A DNA stretch of 50,306 bases from Clostridia bacterium (GTDB taxonomy: Bacteria > Bacillota > Clostridia > Oscillospirales > CAG-272), in the NCBI GenBank assembly GCA_017454525.1, contig JAFTCT010000104.1, positions 1 to 50,306 of the forward strand, given 5' to 3'. Position 1 is the stretch's first letter, and each line of letters starts with the position of its first letter. The translations under genes and the position numbers were made by a program. Below, in pieces: positions 43,075-50,306 of the stretch. The notes beneath the pieces were generated by a model. It did no database searches. It was not told where the DNA came from and was given only the letters and a program-made list of their open reading frames with translations.

Positions 43075-45222
43075 TCAGTTCATCGTGTTTTTTGTGATCG
43101 AGAAGAGCTTCATCATCCGCGCGTCGGTCGCGGGATGATCCTTGAGATCGGGATCCTGTTCAAGGAGCGCCTTTGCGGCTCTGACCGCCTGATCGGGCAT
43201 CGCTGAGTCGGTACAGAACGAAGCGATCCGGAAGGAGAATTCGCCGCTCTGGCGCGTCTGCCCGCCTGACGCCGTCGGGAAAAAGTCGCCCGGTCCGCGC
43301 AGTTTTAAGTCCTCGTTTGCGATCTCCAGTCCCTTTTCGGTCATGCAGATCGTCTTCAGGCGACGGGCGGCGGGCGAGTCGGGGGAGGCGTCGGAGACCA
43401 GTACGCAGTAGGACTGCGCGCTGCCTCTGCCGACGCGGCCGCGCAGCTGGTGGAGCTGCGCGAGTCCGAAGCGCTCGGCGTTTTCAACGACCATCAGCGT
43501 GGCGTTCGGGACGTTGACGCCGACTTCGATCACCGTCGTGGAAACGAGGATCTGTATCTCTCCCGCGGCGAACGCCTTCATGACGGCGTCCTTATCCTTT
43601 GCCTTCATCTTTCCGTGGACGAATCCGACGCGCAGGTCGGGCAGGGCCTTCTGAAGTTCTTCTGAAAAATTGACCGCCGCTTTCATCGGAATGGGAGAAA
43701 GCGCCTTATCGCCGGGCACGAAAGAGAGCGGGACGACGTTGTCGTTCTGCGGGTCGCCGTCATCCTCCTCTTCGCTGACCGCCGGGCAGACGACGTAGGT
43801 CTGGTGACCCTCCGACGCCTGCTTCCTCATGAAGGCGGTCAGACGGTCGGCGTATCCGCTGTCGACCGTATAGGTCTTCACGCTCCGTCTGCCGGGCGGC
43901 AGTTCGTCTATATAGGAGATATCGAGCCCGTTATAGAGGATCAGCGCAAGGGTGCGCGGGATCGGCGTGGCGGTCATGACGAGGGTGTGGACCTCCTCGC
44001 CCTTGCCCGAAAGAGCGGAGCGCTGATTGACGCCGAAGCGGTGCTGCTCGTCTGCGATGACCAGGGCGAGATCGTCAAAGACGGTGTCCTCGGTCAGAAG
44101 CGCGTGGGTGCCGATCACGAGATCGACCCCGTGCCCGGCAAGAGCGGCGCGCACCTTCTTTTTTTCGGAGGCGGAGAGCGCCCCCGTGAGCAGTGCGGTC
44201 TTATATCCGCGCTTCTCAAAGAGCGGCGCGAGCGCGGAAAAGTGCTGATTGGCGAGTATTTCGGTCGGGACCATCAGCGCCGCCTGCTTTCCGTTCTGCA
44301 GGGCGATCTCGATCGCGCCCGCGGCGCATACCGTTTTGCCCGAGCCGACGTCGCCGCAGATCAGCCGCGTCATCGGACGGGCACCGGTCATATCGTGATA
44401 GATCTCGCGCAGCGTTTTTTTCTGGGCGCCGGTCAGTTCATAGGGAAGAAGCGCGATAAAGGGCTTCAGATCGGCCTTGCCCAGGACCGCTTCGGGCGGG
44501 AGGGGGGCTCTTTTTTCGCTCTTTTGCATCCCGAGCGAAAAGAGGAAGAGTTCTTCGAAGATGAAGCGTCTGCGGGCGCCGTCGATATCCTTGTAGGTCT
44601 GCGGAAAATGAATGCCGCGCAGCGCGTCGGCAAAGCCCTCGAGACGGTACTCCCTCAGAACGGATCCGGGCAGGGGATCACAGAGCAGATCGGCGTAGCT
44701 GAGCGCCTCCGCGACGGTCTGGGAAATGAATTTCTGCGACAGACCCTTCGTCGTGGGGTAGACGGTACGGAATTCCGGCAGCACCCTGCCTTCGCCCGAG
44801 AGTTCATAATCGGGGGAGGTCAGCGTGAAGCGCCCGCCGTTCTTTTCCACTCTCCCCCAGAACCGGAAAACGGCGCCGGGAAGGAAGACGTCCTTGAGAT
44901 AGGGCTGATTGAAGAAGGTGATCACGCACTTTCCGCTGTCGTCGAACGCCGTGAAGCGCGTCATGATCCTGCTCCCCTTGAGGCGCACCGAAGTCGGGAC
45001 GGAGCCGACGGTCAGAAGCGTGGCGCAGCTCATGGGCATCATCGACGCTTCGCCGAGCAGACAGATATCCCCGCGGTTCTGATAGCCGCGCGGGAAATGG
45101 TAGAGAAGATCCCCGACGGTCTTCACGCCGAGACTTGAAAACTGCTGCGCTTTGACCTTTCCGATCCCCGGCAGAACGGTGAGCGGCTGTGAAATATAAT
45201 TCTCTTTCGTGAAGATCGCCAT
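43075..45222 (-). CDS. recG: ATP-dependent DNA helicase RecG
   Basis: GDVGSGKT, DEQHRFGV, MTATPIPRT, TTVIEVGV, QLHQLRGRVGRG, RGPGDF. Confidence 0.96.
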   Translation of the reverse strand: MAIFTKENYISQPLTVLPGIGKVKAQQFSSLGVKTVGDLLYHFPRGYQNRGDICLLGEASMMPMSCATLLTVGSVPTSVRLKGSRIMTRFTAFDDSGKCVITFFNQPYLKDVFLPGAVFRFWGRVEKNGGRFTLTSPDYELSGEGRVLPEFRTVYPTTKGLSQKFISQTVAEALSYADLLCDPLPGSVLREYRLEGFADALRGIHFPQTYKDIDGARRRFIFEELFLFSLGMQKSEKRAPLPPEAVLGKADLKPFIALLPYELTGAQKKTLREIYHDMTGARPMTRLICGDVGSGKTVCAAGAIEIALQNGKQAALMVPTEILANQHFSALAPLFEKRGYKTALLTGALSASEKKKVRAALAGHGVDLVIGTHALLTEDTVFDDLALVIADEQHRFGVNQRSALSGKGEEVHTLVMTATPIPRTLALILYNGLDISYIDELPPGRRSVKTYTVDSGYADRLTAFMRKQASEGHQTYVVCPAVSEEEDDGDPQNDNVVPLSFVPGDKALSPIPMKAAVNFSEELQKALPDLRVGFVHGKMKAKDKDAVMKAFAAGEIQILVSTTVIEVGVNVPNATLMVVENAERFGLAQLHQLRGRVGRGSAQSYCVLVSDASPDSPAARRLKTICMTEKGLEIANEDLKLRGPGDFFPTASGGQTRQSGEFSFRIASFCTDSAMPDQAVRAAKALLEQDPDLKDHPATDARMMKLFSITKNTMN

Positions 45223-45255
45223 CGGAAGCTCCTCTCTTCTGTAATTCATATATGC

Positions 45256-45321
45256 ATCATATCATATTTTGAGAAGTTTTTCAAGAAGGTACTTGTTCTT
45301 TTATGCAAATTATGGTACAAT
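45256..45321. promoter_or_regulatory. Divergent promoters for recG (-) and the second GH89 (+)
   Basis: Minus: TTGAAA-17-TATGAT. Plus: TTGTTC-17-TACAAT with extended TG. Confidence 0.5.
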
Positions 45322-45367
45322 AACGCATAAAGTGACGCCGGCGGAGCCGGCGGTTCGGAGGATTATC

Positions 45368-48300
45368 ATGGCGGAATTACGGAATGTTGCAAGAAACAAG
45401 AGGATCAACGCGCTCGGATCGAACGTCAGCGCGATCACCGACGGCATATCCGACCGGAACGTTCACTGGGACGGCGGGCCCGCGCCCGCTTCGGCGACCG
45501 TCGACCTCGGCGCGATCTATATCGTCTCGTCGGCGAAGCTGGTGACGTATTACGGCGATGAGCGCGCCTATCAGTTCGAGGTCTACGCCGGATGCAAAAG
45601 CGGGCGTATGGCGAAGGTCTACGAGCAGAAGGAGGACGTCGAGGCGACCGCCGACGGCTATTCCTTCTCCTTTGAGCCGGTCGCGGCGCGTTACGTGAAG
45701 GTCGTGATGACCCACAACACCGCCAATCCCTCGGTACATATCGCGGAACTCGAAGTGTACGGCGAATTCCTGCGCGACGCGGCGGAGGACGAAACGGTAA
45801 AGGAGTATACGGACCGCGAGAACATCGCCTATATGAAGCCGACGCGCGCGAACATCAACGACGCCTTCTCGTCGCTCGTGACCGACGGCGACCCCGAGAG
45901 CTGCTGGCTGGGCGAACTCTATCCGCGGTTCGTGGACGTTGACCTCGAGGAGAACTATTTCCTTGACCGCGTGGCGCTGGTCGCACCGGCGTTCGCAGAA
46001 TTTGAATACGCCGTCTATCATTCGCTTGACGGCGTGAATTTCGAGAAGAGCGGACGCGTGAAGACGAAGCCGACGAGAAGAACGGTGACGCTGGAAATGA
46101 ACGGCGTGAAGGCGCGGGTGATCCGCGTGATGACGGTCGGCACCTCCCAGGGAGCGTGCGGCGCTTCCGCGCTCTGTCAGGTCAAGGCGTACGGAAAGAA
46201 AGCCGGCGGAAAGATCGTCAGAACGAGAAAGACCATAGAATTCACGACTTATGACGCGTGGCTTGCCCGCCGCGAGGGCGTCGACCTTACGGCGCTCAAA
46301 GACAAAAAAGGGAACTATAAGATCACCGACACCTATACCGCCGCCGACACCGTGAAGGCGCTGGAGGGGCTGATCACCCGCGTTCTGGGAAAGAAGTATA
46401 TCAAGTGGTTCGTTTTCGATATCGACCGCGCGGCGAAGGAGAACTATTACGAGCTGTCCGAAAAGGACGGGAAGATCGTGATCAGGGCGGATTGCGGCGT
46501 TTCGGCGGCGACGGGACTCAATCATTACCTCAAATACTTCTGCCGCGTGCAGGTCACGCAGCAGACCAAACAGGTGAAGATGCCCGAGCGCGCGCCGCAC
46601 GTTGCCGAAAAAATCTTTTGCCGGGCGAACTACCCCGTGCGTTACGCTTACAACTACTGTACGCTCTCCTATACGATGCCCTATTTCGGATATGAGAAAT
46701 GGCAGAGAGAACTCGACTGGCTGATGCTTTCGGGCGTGAACCTGATCCTGGATCTGACCGGCACCGAGGCACTCTGGGTCTCCTATCTGCAGAAACTCGG
46801 CTATACCGCCGACGAAGCGAAGGACTACGTTTGCGGCTACACCTATAAGGCGTGGTGGCTGATGGGCAACCTCGAGGGCTACGGAGGCCCCGTCGCCGAC
46901 GCGTGGGTCAGGGATATGCTCGAAATGGCGCGCGTAAATCAGCGCTATATGACGGTGATGGGCGCGCAGCCGGCGCTGCAGACCTTTGTCGGCGCGATGC
47001 CCGAGACCTTCGCGGAAAAAGCGAACGCGCATCTGAAGAGCAGGGGCTATCCCGACGTCGGACCGTTCATGGCGCCGCAGGGGCTCTGGGCGGGCGGCTT
47101 TATCCGTCCCAACGTTCTGAAAACGACGTATAAAGGATACTCCTATCTCGCGAAACTCTTTTACGATACGCAGGACGAGATCTACGGACAGGTCTCCGAT
47201 TACTATTGCGGCGACGTCTGCCACGAGGGCGGCATCGTCCCCGCGGATCTCTCCAAGCCCGAGATGTCGGCAAAGATCCTCTTTGAGCTTCTGAGAGCCG
47301 ACAAAAACGCCGTCTGGATGCTGCAGGGCTGGTGGTCCAACCCGATGAAGGAAGTGCTCGACGGCTTCGGCGACAGGAAGGAGGACCATATCATCATTCT
47401 CGACCTCGCCGCGCTCGCCAACCCCAAATGGACCGACAGGAAGACCTGGGACGGCGTTGAGTTCGGCGGCACGCCCTGGATCTACTGTTCGCTCTCCAAC
47501 TACGGCGGCAGGACGGGTATGCACGGAAAACTGAGGAAGATGGCGGAACTGATGACCGCCGCGCGCAAGGAAGCGCGGTACATGAAGGGCATCGGCATCA
47601 CGCCCGAGGGCACGAACGACAACCCCGTGGCGTACGACCTCTTCTGGGAAATGGCGTGGAGGAGCGAGGCGCCCGACATCGGTCTGTGGCTCTATGAGTA
47701 TATCGCACGCCGCTACGGTTCCTGCACGAAGAAGGACTTTGAGGCGTGGAAGATCTTCGAGAAAACAGTCTACGGCGCCGACACCTACGACGGCACGACC
47801 AAGAACAACGTCGTAAACGAGAACGCCTGCCTGCGCATGGGCTACTGCGAGGGCGGCTACTTCAAGATCAGATACGACCGCGACCTCTTTGAAAAGGGCG
47901 TTTACGCCTTTATGGAGAATTACGGGGCGCACAAGGACCGGCAAGGGTATATTTACGATACGGTCGACTTGCTGCGTATGACGCTGACGGTCGCCTGCGA
48001 CGACTATTTCGAGGTCCTCAAGCGTTCGCGCGCGGTGCGCGACAGAAAGACCTTTGCCGAGTATTCGGCGAAGTATCTCAAGGCGATGAAACTCATCACC
48101 GAACTCTGCACCTACAATGAGGACGAACTGCTCGGCAACTGGATCGGGCGGGGCATCGACATCACTACCGACGACCGCACCGGCGAATACGCCGGCTTTG
48201 ACCGCGATATGATGACGCTTGACGCCAAGATCCTTCTGACCTCCTGGGCGTCCTCGCCGATCACGAACTACGCCGCAAGGCAGTTCGACGGCGTGATGGA

Positions 48301-48640
48301 GGACTACTTCTACAGAATGTGGAAGAAACTCCTGCGGCGCGTGAACGAGGCGCTCGAGTCAAAAAAGCCCGCGCCGGAGAAACTGGGCGCCGAGTGCTTC
48401 AGGATCGGCTGGGATTTCGTTCTGTCCGAGAAGGAGTATCGCCGCCGCGCGGCGTCGCCCGAGGGGGAAGGGCAGGACAGAGGCTTGCAGCGCATCTGGA
48501 AGGACGTGCAGAAGCACATGGGCAACCGGGACGCGATTGGCAAGGCGATCGCCCGTCTCGACAGACAGATAGAAAAAGCGAAGATCAAAGCGGCGGAAGC
48601 CGAGGTTTCCGAGAGCATCGCCGCGACGATCGAACACTGA
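45368..48640 (+). CDS. GH89 alpha-N-acetylglucosaminidase with 2 N-terminal CBM32-like modules; no signal peptide or dockerin
   Basis: Start MAELRNVA after GGAGG; RYAYNYCTLSYTMP, WWLMGNLEGYGG, HEGG, GITPEG; collinear with the 22919 enzyme. Confidence 0.9.
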   Translation: MAELRNVARNKRINALGSNVSAITDGISDRNVHWDGGPAPASATVDLGAIYIVSSAKLVTYYGDERAYQFEVYAGCKSGRMAKVYEQKEDVEATADGYSFSFEPVAARYVKVVMTHNTANPSVHIAELEVYGEFLRDAAEDETVKEYTDRENIAYMKPTRANINDAFSSLVTDGDPESCWLGELYPRFVDVDLEENYFLDRVALVAPAFAEFEYAVYHSLDGVNFEKSGRVKTKPTRRTVTLEMNGVKARVIRVMTVGTSQGACGASALCQVKAYGKKAGGKIVRTRKTIEFTTYDAWLARREGVDLTALKDKKGNYKITDTYTAADTVKALEGLITRVLGKKYIKWFVFDIDRAAKENYYELSEKDGKIVIRADCGVSAATGLNHYLKYFCRVQVTQQTKQVKMPERAPHVAEKIFCRANYPVRYAYNYCTLSYTMPYFGYEKWQRELDWLMLSGVNLILDLTGTEALWVSYLQKLGYTADEAKDYVCGYTYKAWWLMGNLEGYGGPVADAWVRDMLEMARVNQRYMTVMGAQPALQTFVGAMPETFAEKANAHLKSRGYPDVGPFMAPQGLWAGGFIRPNVLKTTYKGYSYLAKLFYDTQDEIYGQVSDYYCGDVCHEGGIVPADLSKPEMSAKILFELLRADKNAVWMLQGWWSNPMKEVLDGFGDRKEDHIIILDLAALANPKWTDRKTWDGVEFGGTPWIYCSLSNYGGRTGMHGKLRKMAELMTAARKEARYMKGIGITPEGTNDNPVAYDLFWEMAWRSEAPDIGLWLYEYIARRYGSCTKKDFEAWKIFEKTVYGADTYDGTTKNNVVNENACLRMGYCEGGYFKIRYDRDLFEKGVYAFMENYGAHKDRQGYIYDTVDLLRMTLTVACDDYFEVLKRSRAVRDRKTFAEYSAKYLKAMKLITELCTYNEDELLGNWIGRGIDITTDDRTGEYAGFDRDMMTLDAKILLTSWASSPITNYAARQFDGVMEDYFYRMWKKLLRRVNEALESKKPAPEKLGAECFRIGWDFVLSEKEYRRRAASPEGEGQDRGLQRIWKDVQKHMGNRDAIGKAIARLDRQIEKAKIKAAEAEVSESIAATIEH

Positions 48641-48652
48641 AAGGAGAACCGC

Positions 48653-49630
48653 ATGGATAATTTCACGATCTACAAGAAAACGCTCTGCTTTTCTGTCAGA
48701 AAACTGTTCTTCGACCTATTGATGATGGTGCTGATCGCGGTGTTCTGCGTCGGCGGCTTCCTCATCGCCGACAAAACCTGGGACAGAGGATTGATCGGGC
48801 TCGGCGCGGGACTGGTCATCGGCGCGATCATCGCGGGGATTCTGACGCATTTCATGGGCTATATCTACAAAGCGGCGCAGATCGCCATGATGACGCGCGC
48901 CGTATCGGAGGGGGATCTGCCCGACGACGTTTACGCGGAGGGAAAGAAAGCCGTCAAGGAACGCTTTCTGACCGTTGCGGTGTTCTTTGCCGTGACCTCG
49001 GCGATCAAGGGCATCTTCAATCAGATCGGCAGAGGGATCACGGCGCTGGGCGGCGCCGTCGGCGGCGATACCGGACGCGGGATCGGATCAGCGATCTCGA
49101 CGGCGATCCAGATCGTCGTCTCCTATCTCTGCGACTGCTGTCTCGGCTGGGTCTTCTACCGCAAGGATAAGGGATCCGTCCGCGCGACCCTCGAGGGCGC
49201 GGTGCTCTTCTTCAGGCATGGTAAGACGCTGATCAGGAACGTCGGAAGGATCTTCGGGATCGGTCTTCTCTCCCTTCTTGTGATCGGCGGCGCCTTCTTC
49301 GGACTGTCCTACTTCATTTTCACCTTCTTCGGCGGCGCCTTTACGGAACTGGGCATAACGGTCCTTGAAACGGGCGCGCGTCTTGATATGAATATTCCCG
49401 CGTGGGCGGGCGAGGCGAACAACCTGATGCTGATCGTCGCCGGGATCGTCGGATTCACCGTCTGGAGTTTCATCCATTCGAATTTCATCCGTCCCTTCAT
49501 CCTGACGGGCGTTCTGCGCAACTATATCGCCTCGGGCATGAACGACGTCCCGACCGAGGACTCCTTCAGGATCCTTGACGGCAAATCCTCGAAATTCGCC
49601 AAACTTCACGCCGAAGCGGAAAAAGCCTGA
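48653..49630 (+). CDS. Multi-pass membrane protein of unknown function
   Basis: AAGGAG RBS; starts 12 nt after the GH89 stop; several hydrophobic helices. Confidence 0.8.
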   Translation: MDNFTIYKKTLCFSVRKLFFDLLMMVLIAVFCVGGFLIADKTWDRGLIGLGAGLVIGAIIAGILTHFMGYIYKAAQIAMMTRAVSEGDLPDDVYAEGKKAVKERFLTVAVFFAVTSAIKGIFNQIGRGITALGGAVGGDTGRGIGSAISTAIQIVVSYLCDCCLGWVFYRKDKGSVRATLEGAVLFFRHGKTLIRNVGRIFGIGLLSLLVIGGAFFGLSYFIFTFFGGAFTELGITVLETGARLDMNIPAWAGEANNLMLIVAGIVGFTVWSFIHSNFIRPFILTGVLRNYIASGMNDVPTEDSFRILDGKSSKFAKLHAEAEKA

Positions 49631-49641
49631 ACCGACCGGAC

Positions 49642-49683
49642 AAAAAGCAGACTGACGGAAAAATCCTTCAGCCTGCTTTTTTT
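49642..49683 (+). terminator. Intrinsic terminator
   Basis: AAAAAGCAGACTGA...TCAGCCTGC followed by a T run. Confidence 0.7.
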
Positions 49684-49974
49684 CATAATTTCGATATTAT
49701 TGAATTCACCCACCTATTCTTTTGTTTGACAATACCACGGCGGTTCCGGTGAGCAGAAGCAACGGAATCATGTATAACCACGCAGACTGACTGGCTTGGA
49801 TCAGCGCGACGTTCCCGGAAAAGAATGCAGATAGGTCGGTCGGCAGGAAAGAAAAGCCGAAACTGCGCGCCTACGTGACCGGCAGAGCGGAGGTCCTTAA
49901 ATAGGAGTTTTCCGATCTTTTGGGTCTTTCGGGAGAAGAACAGCACAAGTATTTTGACTGAACTTTCAAAACTG

Positions 49975-50012
49975 CAAAACCGGCAAACGGCTGAAACTGT
50001 TTGCCGGTTTTG
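49975..50012. terminator. Strong hairpin (terminator-like)
   Basis: CAAAACCGGCAAAC...GTTTGCCGGTTTTG, perfect 14-bp stem. Confidence 0.5.
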
Positions 50013-50020
50013 TATTCTGT

Positions 50021-50176
50021 CCGGAGGCGCATTCCGGGGCACGAGGTACGACCCGGAGGCGCTTTTGGGGATACAAGGTACGACCCGGGGGCGCTTTTTG
50101 AGATACAAAGTACGCCCGGGGGCGCTTTTCGAGATACAAAGTACGCCCGGGGGCGCTTTTCGAGAAAAGCGTCCCC
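50021..50176. repeat. Tandem repeat, about 5 x 31-32 bp, ending in a hairpin
   Basis: Units CCGG(A/G)GGCGCTTTT(C/T/G)GAGATACAAAGTACG(A)C starting at 50021, 50053, 50085, 50116 and 50147; no unique spacers. Confidence 0.85.
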
Positions 50177-50306
50177 GTACCCCCGCAAAAGCTTTCCTGC
50201 TGTGGAAATGAAATGTAATGCTTTCGATTTGCCGCGCGCGGACTGCGTCCTCCAAAAGCCGCCCTGCGGCTTTTTCCCGACCGGATCGGGGATATCCCGT
50301 TCCAAA

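Noticed and set aside
23870-47944. Long antisense ORFs (e.g. 23870..25855, 36805..39366, 45377..47944)
   Set aside because: They are shadows of GC3-biased real genes on the opposite strand, with no motifs or RBS.
50021-50176. Possible CRISPR array
   Set aside because: The units are contiguous with no unique spacers, and there are no cas genes in the window.
1-50306. Prophage, ICE, IS or defence island
   Set aside because: No integrase, transposase, phage structural, nuclease or toxin-antitoxin motifs were recognised, and the accessory genes have host-like codon usage.

Overview
GC-rich chromosomal window from a spore-forming Bacillota (Clostridia-like). This is inferred from SpoIIE, the spoIIAA-spoIIAB-sigF operon, a T-box leader, Gram-positive LexA boxes and dockerins. 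The housekeeping backbone is serC, serA, dinB, dut, a Cof/HAD hydrolase, murI, a ZIP transporter, valS, mnmA, malQ, a cysteine desulfurase and recG. It is interleaved with an unusual set of large modular surface/secreted hydrolases. (i) Five paralogous papain-like (C1A-type) proteins: one secreted with LRR and dockerin, two Pro/Thr-stalked lipoproteins with ricin-type domains, one lipoprotein that has lost its catalytic Cys and His, and one without a signal peptide; three of them appear co-transcribed with glutamate racemase. (ii) Two GH89 alpha-N-acetylglucosaminidases, one secreted with a dockerin and one signal-less. (iii) An LRR-dockerin-HExxH (BSP-type) peptidase and an NlpC/P60 lipoprotein. 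The three dockerins share one distinctive signature and none sits on a cellulase, which suggests a non-cellulosomal protease/glycosidase surface complex; this is the best candidate for an undescribed system. Non-coding features include a dispersed REP-like palindrome (3 copies), operator-like 19-bp repeats at the GH89 promoter, a 22-bp-spaced spoIIE promoter and a 31-32-bp tandem repeat. There is also a deletion-broken DUF6273-type gene. No CRISPR array, tRNA/rRNA, integrase or transposase was seen. All family calls come from motif recognition by eye; no database searches were run.
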